From an uncultured Bacteroidota bacterium (lineage in GTDB: Bacteria > Bacteroidota > Bacteroidia > 2-12-FULL-35-15), in contig CAIXIP010000008.1 of assembly GCA_903919535.1 (NCBI GenBank), forward strand, positions 952 through 64,951: a stretch of DNA of 64,000 nucleotides, given 5' to 3'. Of the stretch, positions 19,960 to 29,155 are shown piece by piece. A program made the position numbers and the translations under genes. Position 1 is the first letter of the stretch. Every line of letters starts with the position of its first letter. Under the pieces are notes generated by a model. It searched no databases and had not been told where the DNA came from. It saw only the letters and a program-made list of their open reading frames with translations.

Positions 19960-20739
19960 CTAAACTTCGACCATATTTGTTAACGCAACAAAATCAGCTA
20001 CAGATAATTCTTCGGCACGTTGAGTAAGATATTTATGATCTAAAAATTCAGGTTTTAATTTAAATGCTTTTATCGAATTGCGTAATGTTTTTCTACGCTG
20101 ATTGAATCCTGCTTTTACAACTTGTTTAAAAAGCTTTTCATTACAATCCAATTGTTGAACATCATTTCGTGTTAAACGAATAACTGCTGATTTTACTCGT
20201 GGAGGTGGATCAAATACAGTTTCATTTACAGTAAATAAATATTCTATGTTGTAAAATGCTTGTAGTAAAACACTTGTAATTCCATATGTTTTATTTCGCG
20301 GTTTAGATGCAATACGCTCTGCAACTTCCTTTTGAAACATTCCTACAACTTCAGGGACTTGATTTTTATGATCTAGTACTTTAAATAATATTTCTGTTGA
20401 AATGTTATAAGGGAAATTTCCAATAACTGCGAATGGCTCGTTATTATATAAATTATTAAAATCGAGTTTTAAAAAATCACCTTCAATGATCCTGTTTTCA
20501 AGTATTGGATAATGTTTTTTTAGATAAGCAATGGAATCCCAATCAATATCAATTATGTGAGTTTCATATGAAGGTTCGGTAATTAAATATTTTGTAAGAA
20601 CACCCATTCCAGGTCCTACTTCTAATACTTTTTTGTAAAGTGAAGTGTGTTTCAGACTTTTAACAATTTCCTGAGCAATGTTTTCGTCTTTCAAAAAATG
20701 CTGTCCTAAATGTTTTTTTGCTCTTACTTCGTTGCTCAT
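19960..20739 (-). CDS. rsmA: 16S rRNA m6,2A1518/1519 dimethyltransferase
   Basis: KKHLGQHFL, EVGPG.G.LT, GNFPYNIS, QKEVAER, F.PPP.V.S. Confidence 0.97.
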   Translation of the reverse strand: MSNEVRAKKHLGQHFLKDENIAQEIVKSLKHTSLYKKVLEVGPGMGVLTKYLITEPSYETHIIDIDWDSIAYLKKHYPILENRIIEGDFLKLDFNNLYNNEPFAVIGNFPYNISTEILFKVLDHKNQVPEVVGMFQKEVAERIASKPRNKTYGITSVLLQAFYNIEYLFTVNETVFDPPPRVKSAVIRLTRNDVQQLDCNEKLFKQVVKAGFNQRRKTLRNSIKAFKLKPEFLDHKYLTQRAEELSVADFVALTNMVEV

Positions 20740-20770
20740 TACTTTGTTCGTTTATTTGTTCAATTAATTT

Positions 20771-21070
20771 CTATACAATTTCAAGTAATGTTCTGAAGGC
20801 AACAAATTTATTTGCAAATTTATTTGCATGTTCTTTTTGTAAACGAGGAGAATGTAAGCGTTGGTATTCTTTCAAATCGTCCATGCTAGCAGCTGTATAT
20901 TGAATAGAATAGGTAATGCCTTGCTCTTCATCTACAAGCACTTTGCAAATTTTATTTTCGATAAAAAAGCCAGTTGCCATTACATCTGGAATGTGAGTTT
21001 CTTTCATCCATTGGAGCCATTCTTCATGTACATCAATTTCGATGTTTACTGTAACGTTGTATATTATCAT
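20771..21070 (-). CDS. DUF4286 family protein
   Basis: MIIYNVT...WL.WMKE.HIP...TYSIQY...FVAFRTLLE; typical rsmA neighbour in Bacteroidota. Confidence 0.88.
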   Translation of the reverse strand: MIIYNVTVNIEIDVHEEWLQWMKETHIPDVMATGFFIENKICKVLVDEEQGITYSIQYTAASMDDLKEYQRLHSPRLQKEHANKFANKFVAFRTLLEIV

Positions 21071-21096
21071 TTCAAAAAATATTTTTAAATTTTAAA

Positions 21097-22953
21097 TTAA
21101 TTAATAGTGTCCCCTCTTAGTCTGCGAAATCTTTTTCGAGCTTCAACAACATATAAACTTCCTGGATATTTTTCTAATAATTGCTGATATAATTCTTTCG
21201 CTTTATCTAAATTTTTAAATTGATTTTCATTCAGATCTGCCAATTTGAAAAGTGCGTCATCCCCTAAAATGTCATCTCCATAATTTTTAATAATGTTTTC
21301 ATAAAATGCAGCTGCTTCATTGTATTTGCTATGTTTCAATTCGATTTGAGCTTTTTTATAAAGTATTTCATCTGCAAGGGCGTGCTTAGGATAAAGGGTG
21401 TTTATTGAATCCATTGTTAATTTGGCTTGCTCGTCTTTGTTCTGAAATGCCAAAAGATCAGCACGTGCATATAAAAGTAGCGGTGCTTCATTTGTATCAA
21501 TAGCAAGTGCATCGCTTATCAATAAGGATAAGTCCAATGCATCATTCGCAATTAATTTGGCTGTTGCACCTTTCAGCACATTAAGTTGTGCTTCTGCCCA
21601 TTTAAAATCACCGGTGTAATATGATATTTTTGCAACCCTAAATTTTGCTTCTTGCCCTATTTCATCATGTTTAAATGTTTTTTCAACTTGTGAGTATCGC
21701 AAGGATGCTTCCCAAATATCACCTGTCATTAATAAAATATCGGCCAATTCTAATTTGCATTCAGCTTGCAAATGAACCTCTAGTTGCGGCATAGCAATAG
21801 TTTCTTCAAGTAATACAATTGCATCAGTTGTTTTGTTAAGATAAAAAGCCTGCAAGTGTGCTAAGTTTTTTAATAGGGGAACAGTGCTTGCCGATTTACC
21901 CAATTCACTTATTGTGGTATTATAATTTTTTTCAAGTTCAGTTAGATCAGTTGAAGTATAATTTCCTTTTGAAACAACTTTTTGATAATACACATTCAGT
22001 AATTCAATTCGGGCATTGGTGTAGTAATAAACATTAGGACCTTTTGCTATGATGTATTGGTACGCTTTTATTGCCACATCATATGCCTCATTTTGTGCAA
22101 ACATATTTGCTAATCCCATCATGCGATTACCTTCTTCTTTTTTTCTTTTGTCCAGCGCTTTACCTTGAACGAATGCTCCTTCCCAATCTTTCTGTTGAAT
22201 CTGCATCCAAATCAAAAGTTCCGATAGTATTGTTTTGTCAGGGCTTTTGGCAATACGTTTTAATAATTCGGTTTTTAATAATTCGTTTTGTTTTGGGTCG
22301 GCATCGTTTCCAAAACTTGTTTGTAATGCATTTTGAACGCTTTGTAAATAGGAATCATTTATTTCTAGTGCATCCAATAATTCACTGATCATTCCCATTT
22401 TATCGCCTTTTGTACTATATACATTGGCTAGCTCAAAACTATAAGGATAATTATTTCGAGAAATCTTTCTTCCTTTCAAATATGCAGAAATGGCATAATC
22501 TGGTTGTTGAATTGCAAGGAACGCATTTGCAACTTCAAATACTTGCTCATCTTGTTTTATTGATTTTACAGCTTGTTCCCAAGCATTTTTTGCTTTGTCT
22601 GGTTCTTCGCTTCTCGTGTAAACAGTTCCTAAGTCAACAATGAAATTTAAACTTTCAGGATTTTGCTTGATCTGTTTTTTAGTGATTTTTTCTGCTTTCT
22701 TAAAATCTTTTGTTTCAAGCAAACAATTTAAATAAGGCGTATAAAATACTTGAGGAGATTTTTTATTGTATAATTTTTCATAATAGTCCAAAGCTTTATC
22801 AAATTCTTTGTTTTGATAAAACTGTTGCGCTAGTTGCTCATCGGTGCCGGGTTGAGCAATGATGTTGTTATGTATTAATACAAAACCAAAAAGTAACAAT
22901 ATGTATCTAAGGTAATTCAAATCATGTTTGACTCTAAAATTTATATCCCACAA
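21097..22953 (-). CDS. Exported tetratricopeptide repeat protein
   Basis: Multiple TPR motifs, signal peptide and C-terminal EARKRFR.LRG. The true start is probably TTG at 22920. Confidence 0.85.
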   Translation of the reverse strand: MWDINFRVKHDLNYLRYILLLFGFVLIHNNIIAQPGTDEQLAQQFYQNKEFDKALDYYEKLYNKKSPQVFYTPYLNCLLETKDFKKAEKITKKQIKQNPESLNFIVDLGTVYTRSEEPDKAKNAWEQAVKSIKQDEQVFEVANAFLAIQQPDYAISAYLKGRKISRNNYPYSFELANVYSTKGDKMGMISELLDALEINDSYLQSVQNALQTSFGNDADPKQNELLKTELLKRIAKSPDKTILSELLIWMQIQQKDWEGAFVQGKALDKRKKEEGNRMMGLANMFAQNEAYDVAIKAYQYIIAKGPNVYYYTNARIELLNVYYQKVVSKGNYTSTDLTELEKNYNTTISELGKSASTVPLLKNLAHLQAFYLNKTTDAIVLLEETIAMPQLEVHLQAECKLELADILLMTGDIWEASLRYSQVEKTFKHDEIGQEAKFRVAKISYYTGDFKWAEAQLNVLKGATAKLIANDALDLSLLISDALAIDTNEAPLLLYARADLLAFQNKDEQAKLTMDSINTLYPKHALADEILYKKAQIELKHSKYNEAAAFYENIIKNYGDDILGDDALFKLADLNENQFKNLDKAKELYQQLLEKYPGSLYVVEARKRFRRLRGDTIN

Positions 22954-23239
22954 TTTCCAACACTACAGCTTTTGCTTCAATGTCTAAACCGTTGCGTAAA
23001 GTTAATAAACTTCCTTGTTTTAAATGTTGACCAAATCCATGGGGTGCAAAAAGCACTGCATTTAGCACCGCACTTTCTCCTGGTTCAATTGGTTTTTTGT
23101 ATAACTCAATTTGGCATTCGGTGCAATAGCTTTTTGATCCTTTGCAGTAAGCCTGTGGTCGGTAAATACCCATCAATTCGTACTTGCTTAGGTTTTCAAC
23201 AAGCAATTTTACAATGAGATATTTTTTGAGATAGACCAT
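22934..23239 (-). CDS. Stand-alone EF-Tu domain III-like small protein
   Basis: GIYRPQAY...IEL...PGE...L..P...G..LTLRNG....A.AVV..I parallels EF-Tu domain III (GYRPQFY...IEL...PGD...L..P...GLRFAIREGGRTVGAGVV). Confidence 0.6.
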   Translation of the reverse strand: MVYLKKYLIVKLLVENLSKYELMGIYRPQAYCKGSKSYCTECQIELYKKPIEPGESAVLNAVLFAPHGFGQHLKQGSLLTLRNGLDIEAKAVVLEIVGYKF

Positions 23240-23314
23240 TTTTACAGTGATTAGTTAACTGGAAATTGAAAGCAGAAAAAACAAGATTTGCCTATTAAAA
23301 TTCCCTGATAACTA

Positions 23315-24664
23315 TTAACTTTTGGCTATTTCTTTCAAAATTTCTTTCTCTACTTCTTCGCTATTCCATTTTTGCTCAATATCTGGAAACTTAGTCATTA
23401 TATCTTGCATGATCTGCTCTTGTTTCTGACCTACTCGCCACGCTTCCGAATATCTAATATTACTGAATGTCACTTGACTATATAAGGGCATCCATTTGTC
23501 TGGATGTTTTTCTGAAAAGTGAGCTTCTATTTTCTTTTGCAATAAAAATTTTGGATCAGCAACATAATCTCTCATCACCAAATAATTGTGTAATGATAGA
23601 TCTTGAACACCGTCTCCATCGGGTTTACGAAGAATCTGGTATTCTTCAAACACTTTAGGCCAATCTTCATTATGCTTTTGCATCAATTGCCACATTACGG
23701 TGCAATCTTCAAAACCGCAATTCATGCCTTGTCCGTAAAATGGAACGGTTGCGTGCGCAGCATCGCCCATCAAAGCTGTTTTCCCATATGTCCAGGGATA
23801 ACAGCGGACAATCGCCAATGATGATAATGGATGATTACCCCATTTATCAGCAATGTCTGGCATCATTTTGTAAAAATCAGGAAATGTTGTTTTGAAAAAA
23901 TTGCTGATATCTTCGGATGTTTTTAATGTTTCGAAAGATTTTTCACCTTTCATTGGCATAAATAAAGTACAGGTAAATGAACCGTCTTCATTGGGTAATG
24001 CAATCAGCATAAATCTACCACGTGGCCAAATATGCAATGCGTTTTTTTCTATCGGATAACTACCATCTGCATTTGCAGGAAGTAAAATTTCACGATAACC
24101 ATCATCAATAAATCGCTGGCTGTAATCAAATCGCTCAAGCTTCTGCATGGCGTTGTAACGAACAGCAGAAAATGCCCCATCAGCCGCAAATACAACATCA
24201 GCCTTGTATTCTTTTTTTATACCTGTTTCGGTGTTTTCTGTATAAACAATTCCATTTACTAGATCTACATCACTACATTTTTCGTTATAGAAAATAGTTG
24301 CTTTCCCAACCTCTTCAGCAATGCTCATCATCTTTGCATTGAGTCCTCCACGCGAAACAGAAAAAATAGCTTGCCCTTCTTTACCATAAGGTTGATAAGA
24401 TAAATTACCTTGAAGGTCATGCATCATTCGCCCGGTCATGGGGATAGCCATTTTTCTGATCTCATCACCAATTCCAACGGTATCAAGTGCTTTCCAGCCT
24501 CTGTCGGATGTTGCTAAATTAATTGATTTTCCGGCAGAAATTTCTGCTTTTCGAATATCAGGTCTACGTTCCACAATAGTGACTTTATAACCAGCCTTTG
24601 ATAGATATACTGCCCATAATGAACCTACTAATCCTGCTCCAACTATTGTTGCTGTTTTGCTCAT
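23315..24664 (-). CDS. kmo: Kynurenine 3-monooxygenase
   Basis: GAGLVG FAD motif, SINLA.S.RG, ALHIWPRG.FMLIALPN, GDAAH..VPFYGQGMN.GFEDC; adjacent to kynU. Confidence 0.92.
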   Translation of the reverse strand: MSKTATIVGAGLVGSLWAVYLSKAGYKVTIVERRPDIRKAEISAGKSINLATSDRGWKALDTVGIGDEIRKMAIPMTGRMMHDLQGNLSYQPYGKEGQAIFSVSRGGLNAKMMSIAEEVGKATIFYNEKCSDVDLVNGIVYTENTETGIKKEYKADVVFAADGAFSAVRYNAMQKLERFDYSQRFIDDGYREILLPANADGSYPIEKNALHIWPRGRFMLIALPNEDGSFTCTLFMPMKGEKSFETLKTSEDISNFFKTTFPDFYKMMPDIADKWGNHPLSSLAIVRCYPWTYGKTALMGDAAHATVPFYGQGMNCGFEDCTVMWQLMQKHNEDWPKVFEEYQILRKPDGDGVQDLSLHNYLVMRDYVADPKFLLQKKIEAHFSEKHPDKWMPLYSQVTFSNIRYSEAWRVGQKQEQIMQDIMTKFPDIEQKWNSEEVEKEILKEIAKS

Positions 24665-24692
24665 GTTTTTTCTTTCTATTAAAATCAATATT

Positions 24693-25961
24693 TTATAAAG
24701 CGTTTTTTAAAATTTCACCAAAACGAAACACATCCTCAAATGAATTATATAATGGAGTTGGTGCACAACGTATCACATTTGGTTCACGCCAATCAGCAAT
24801 TACGCCTGCTTCCATTAATTTATTGAATAAGTCTTTTCCTCTGCCATGAGCGATTATTGATAACTGACAACCTCTTTGTTTTTTATCTCTTGGAGTGATA
24901 ATTTCTAATTTTTGCTCAAGCGATTTATTTATATCATCAATAATAAATTCTAAATAGCCTGTTAATATTTCTGTTTTCTCATTCAATTTATCCATTCCAA
25001 CTTCATCAAAAATATCGACAGCTGCTTTGTGCGCTGCCATCGATAATACGTTGGCATTACTCGTTTGCCAAGCTTCTGTAGTAGCCATTGGAACAAACCC
25101 TTTTTCCATTTTGAAACGAGTTTTTTTATCATGGCCCCACCAACCTGCAAATCGTGGAATAGAAGGGTTGTTTAAATGACGTTCATTAATATATATTCCT
25201 GAAACTCCTCCAGGGCCTGAGTTTAAATATTTATAGCTGCACCAACAAGCAAAATCAACATCCCAATCATGTAAATGTAATTTTAAGTTTCCAGCAGCAT
25301 GAGCAAGGTCAAAACCAACGGTTGCGCCAATTTTATGCCCTGCTTCGGCAATGGCTTTCATATCGAAAACTTGTCCGGTATAATAATTTATACCACCAAA
25401 CAATATCAATGCAATGGAATCTTTATTTGTTTCAATTGCTTTCAAAATATCTTCGTGTCTGATGCAATATTCTCCTTCACGTGGAGCAACTTCAATTATC
25501 GCTTCATCAGGGTCTAATCCATGAAATTTTACTTGTGTTTCCAATGCATATTGATCACTCGGAAATGCTTTTGCTTCACATAAAATTTTGTAACGAGTTT
25601 TTGTAGGACGATAAAAACTTACCATCAACAAATGCAAATTAAGTGTTAATTGATTCATTACTACTACTTCTTCTGGTTTAGCACCAACAATTTTTGAAAT
25701 CGGTTCAGCAAATTGTTCATGGTAATTCATCCAAGGTTTGCGAGCATGAAAATGACCTTCTACACCAAATGTTGCCCAGTCTTCTAATTCATTCAAAATA
25801 TATTCTTGTGTAGTTTTAGGTTGCAGTCCTAAAGAATTTCCTGTGAAATAGACAGTTTCGCGTCCATGCATCATCGGGAAATAAAATTTCTCGCGATATT
25901 TCCTTAACGGATCATTTGCATCCTGTTGTTTTGCAAATTCAAGAGTATTTTGGTAATTCAT
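24693..25961 (-). CDS. kynU: Kynureninase
   Basis: [47 protein letters not shown]. Confidence 0.96.
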   Translation of the reverse strand: MNYQNTLEFAKQQDANDPLRKYREKFYFPMMHGRETVYFTGNSLGLQPKTTQEYILNELEDWATFGVEGHFHARKPWMNYHEQFAEPISKIVGAKPEEVVVMNQLTLNLHLLMVSFYRPTKTRYKILCEAKAFPSDQYALETQVKFHGLDPDEAIIEVAPREGEYCIRHEDILKAIETNKDSIALILFGGINYYTGQVFDMKAIAEAGHKIGATVGFDLAHAAGNLKLHLHDWDVDFACWCSYKYLNSGPGGVSGIYINERHLNNPSIPRFAGWWGHDKKTRFKMEKGFVPMATTEAWQTSNANVLSMAAHKAAVDIFDEVGMDKLNEKTEILTGYLEFIIDDINKSLEQKLEIITPRDKKQRGCQLSIIAHGRGKDLFNKLMEAGVIADWREPNVIRCAPTPLYNSFEDVFRFGEILKNAL

Positions 25962-26051
25962 AAAGTTAATTAATTTAAAGTTTAGCTTCCGTGTGTCCTA
26001 CAGGTTATTTTTTTAATGTCAGACACAATTTGCACAAATTTTTGTAACGTT

Positions 26052-26067
26052 CAAAGATATATATTTG
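26052..26067. promoter_or_regulatory. Back-to-back Bacteroidota -7 promoter elements for kynU (-) and hemL (+)
   Basis: CAAAGATA (TATCTTTG on minus, 26052-26059) abuts TATATTTG (26060-26067). Confidence 0.6.
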
Positions 26068-26086
26068 CACTCTAATATTTGAACTT

Positions 26087-27388
26087 ATGAAACGAGAAAA
26101 ATCAGAAGCTTTATTTGAAAAAGCAAAAAAATATTTTCCAGGAGGAGTGAACTCTCCGGTACGTGCATTCCGCTCTGTTGGTGGTACTCCATTATTTATT
26201 GAAAAGGGAAAAGGCTCTCATATCTGGGATGCAGATGGTAACGAATTTATTGATTATTGTGGCTCTTGGGGGCCATTGATACTTGGCCATGCAAACGATA
26301 AGGTAATTGATGCTATTAAAAAAGCAGTAGAAAAAGGAAGCTCATTTGGTGCGCCAACAGCTTTGGAGAATGATTTAGCAGAACTAATATTAAGCAATAA
26401 CAAATACATTCAGAAAATTCGTTTTGTGAGTTCTGGCACAGAGGCTGTGATGAGCGCTATTCGTCTTGCACGAGGTTATACCAAACGAAATAAAATATTA
26501 AAATTTGAAGGGTGTTATCACGGACATAGTGATTCCTTATTGGTAAAGGCAGGTTCAGGATTAGTGACATTCGGAAATACATCTTCAGCTGGTGTTCCGG
26601 AAAGTTTTGTGAATGAAACAATTGTTGTTTCATTGAACAATGAACAAGCTGTTAAGCAAGCGTTTGCCGATTTCAAAGATCAGATTGCATGTGTTATTAT
26701 TGAACCGATTCCAGCAAATAATGGTTTACTTTTACAGCGAAAAGAATATTTGCAATTCCTTCGTGATATCTGCACAGAAAATAAAACATTGTTAATTTTC
26801 GATGAAGTAATAAATGGTTTTCGTATCGGATTTACTGGTGCTTCAGGATATTATAATATTCAACCGGATATCATTACTTATGGAAAAATTATTGGAGGAG
26901 GATTGCCTGTTGGTATGTACGGATCGAGCGCAGAAATAATGAGTCATATTTCTCCTGAAGGAAATGTTTATCAAGCGGGAACCTTAAGTGGAAATCCCGT
27001 TGCAATGGCTGCAGGAATTGCTCAGTTAACAGAGTGCTTGAAACCCAACTTTTATGAAGAATTAGAACGGAAAACGAGATCCTTGATTGCTGAAATTTTC
27101 ACTCAACTAAAACTATCAAAAATTGAATCATCCAATTTTAAAATATTTACAGTAGGATCAATTTTTTATATAGCATTTACTGATAAAGAAGTTCTTAGAA
27201 GTGCAGAGGAAATAGATGCTGATTCTATGAAGTATTTCAGAATATTGCACAAAGAATTATTAGAGCGAGGGATTTATTTAGGACCATCCGGTTATGAAGT
27301 TGGTTTTGTTTGTGAAGCTCATACAGAAGATGATTTGATAAAAACTGCAAAAGCATTTGCGGAATCATTGGAGATTGCCCTAAAATAG
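26087..27388 (+). CDS. hemL: Glutamate-1-semialdehyde 2,1-aminomutase
   Basis: PGGVNSPVRAF, SGTEAVMSAIRLARG, GCYHGH, GKIIGGGLPVG, YQAGTLSGNP. Confidence 0.96.
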   Translation: MKREKSEALFEKAKKYFPGGVNSPVRAFRSVGGTPLFIEKGKGSHIWDADGNEFIDYCGSWGPLILGHANDKVIDAIKKAVEKGSSFGAPTALENDLAELILSNNKYIQKIRFVSSGTEAVMSAIRLARGYTKRNKILKFEGCYHGHSDSLLVKAGSGLVTFGNTSSAGVPESFVNETIVVSLNNEQAVKQAFADFKDQIACVIIEPIPANNGLLLQRKEYLQFLRDICTENKTLLIFDEVINGFRIGFTGASGYYNIQPDIITYGKIIGGGLPVGMYGSSAEIMSHISPEGNVYQAGTLSGNPVAMAAGIAQLTECLKPNFYEELERKTRSLIAEIFTQLKLSKIESSNFKIFTVGSIFYIAFTDKEVLRSAEEIDADSMKYFRILHKELLERGIYLGPSGYEVGFVCEAHTEDDLIKTAKAFAESLEIALK

Positions 27389-27395
27389 TTTTAAA

Positions 27396-28244
27396 TTAGA
27401 TTTGTTCAGCAAGGAGTAGCAATACTCCTTGCAATATCATTGTCCCATCAATTCCCGCCACATAATAATATTCGCTGCGTTTCGAATTGCTCATAAAAAC
27501 TATTACTGCGTTTATAAAAGCGGAAAGTAGCATCGCAGAAAATATGTTTATTTTAAACATGCCAGAAACAAATTCCAGAATAATCAATAAAATATAAATT
27601 ATCATACAAGCTGTTGCGAACCAGCGAGTCTTATTTTCTCCCATCAAATGCGGAATTGTAGAAACATTATCAGCAGCATCAACTAATAAATCTCTTATGT
27701 CGAATGGAATGCAAATCGCTAGCATAAAACAGAATCTCACTGCAATATGCAGTAAATGCTGTTTTGTAATAACATCAGAAGGTTCTAATAATATTGGAAC
27801 AACTGCTGTTACCATTGTCCAGACAAGAGTAAGTGTTATCAATTTGAACCATGGGCTTTTACGTAATTTTATAGAAGGTAAAAAATAAGCGATTGATAAA
27901 AAAAGTAAAGGAGAAAGATAAAATATAATTTTTAGATTATTAAAAAATAAACTAATACATACACCCAAAAAGCCAATTAACGTAAGTGTTTTGATGGAAA
28001 ATTGGTTGTTGAAAATCCAATTTCTTCTCACGGAATTCAAACTTTTATCTTGTTGCGGTGTGTAAAAAATTCGTTGAAGATTATATACAAAAAGAGTTGA
28101 AAAAAAAACAAGTACAGAATATTCTAATAAATGATTGGTTGCCCCAATTTGGATAAGTGAACTTTGCGTTAAGCATACTGCACCCATTGCAACATATACG
28201 TTACCAAATAGAATTAAATCGGAAAATTGTTTAAGAAATTTCAA
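27396..28244 (-). CDS. UbiA prenyltransferase-like membrane protein
   Basis: Multi-TM; T..VYN and IPFDIRD...D....TIP...G motifs. Confidence 0.65.
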   Translation of the reverse strand: MKFLKQFSDLILFGNVYVAMGAVCLTQSSLIQIGATNHLLEYSVLVFFSTLFVYNLQRIFYTPQQDKSLNSVRRNWIFNNQFSIKTLTLIGFLGVCISLFFNNLKIIFYLSPLLFLSIAYFLPSIKLRKSPWFKLITLTLVWTMVTAVVPILLEPSDVITKQHLLHIAVRFCFMLAICIPFDIRDLLVDAADNVSTIPHLMGENKTRWFATACMIIYILLIILEFVSGMFKINIFSAMLLSAFINAVIVFMSNSKRSEYYYVAGIDGTMILQGVLLLLAEQI

Positions 28245-28316
28245 GGTAATGCTTTACAAAATCTTTATAAATAAGCCCTTCCGATAAATATTTATGCGAA
28301 AGAAAAAAGAAACGAC

Positions 28317-28949
28317 TTAATAAAGCTCAGAATTATTAGCTTTCAAAATAAAATAAGTACCTAATCCAATACCAAGCCCTGAAGCTCCACCGATTAAGGA
28401 TTTTATTTTTCGTTTTTTTCTTGCCACACGTTCATATCCCATTAAATAAGCATCTTGTTTAAGGTATTCAAGATTTGAAACCCCTTTCTTTTTTATTTTT
28501 ATTTTAGGAAGACCAACCAATGCTGCAAATGTAAAAGGCGCAATCGGACTTAATAAACTTCCAGTAACTCCTGCACCTGCTCCAATTAAAAGTCCACTCC
28601 AAAATGCTCCTCGAGCTTTAAAGCTTTTTTGTGCATCTTGTTCACCACGTATAAAATAACGCATTTCATCAATTGTGAATTCATTACCAACAATTGTATC
28701 GTATTGATAAATTAAAAACTCGCCTTTTTTATTGCTGATTGAAAAAATTCGTTCGTTTTCTATTGCAAAAGTTTTGTTCTTATTTTTCGGGTTTTTAAAA
28801 ATGGTTGTGCCATTGGTAGTGTCAATAACTGTTGTTATTACGACCGTTCCATTTAAAAGAAGAATAGTGTCATTACCTGTTTGAGATACTCCGTTTTTTG
28901 AAAAGGAAATTTGAAGTAAAATGAAAAATATCAAAAAAACTTTATTCAT
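28317..28949 (-). CDS. Hypothetical exported/membrane protein
   Basis: Signal-like N-terminus, DTI.LLNG motif, Gly-rich hydrophobic segments in the C-terminal half. Confidence 0.6.
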   Translation of the reverse strand: MNKVFLIFFILLQISFSKNGVSQTGNDTILLLNGTVVITTVIDTTNGTTIFKNPKNKNKTFAIENERIFSISNKKGEFLIYQYDTIVGNEFTIDEMRYFIRGEQDAQKSFKARGAFWSGLLIGAGAGVTGSLLSPIAPFTFAALVGLPKIKIKKKGVSNLEYLKQDAYLMGYERVARKKRKIKSLIGGASGLGIGLGTYFILKANNSELY

Positions 28950-29128
28950 GTTTTAGGTAATAATTTGTTGTATAGTTCTCGGATTTGTATTGGATCTGAA
29001 TTGATATAAAAAATAAAGTTACTGTTTTATCAGGAGAAGAATTCATTTTTTAAAAAATTATGATAAAAATCATGCTAAAGCGCGCTTATATTTTTGTTAT
29101 TTCTCAATTAGAAAACCTATTTCTATGT

Positions 29129-29136
29129 TATATTTG
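29129..29136 (+). promoter_or_regulatory. -7 promoter element for gcvP
   Basis: TATATTTG 19 nt upstream of ATG 29156. Confidence 0.6.
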
Positions 29137-29155
29137 CTCTCCAAAAAAAATAAAA

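Noticed and set aside
28950..29155. Glycine riboswitch upstream of gcvP
   Set aside because: There is a lone GGAGA but none of the other conserved aptamer elements, and the -7 promoter element is only 19 nt from the ATG, leaving no room.
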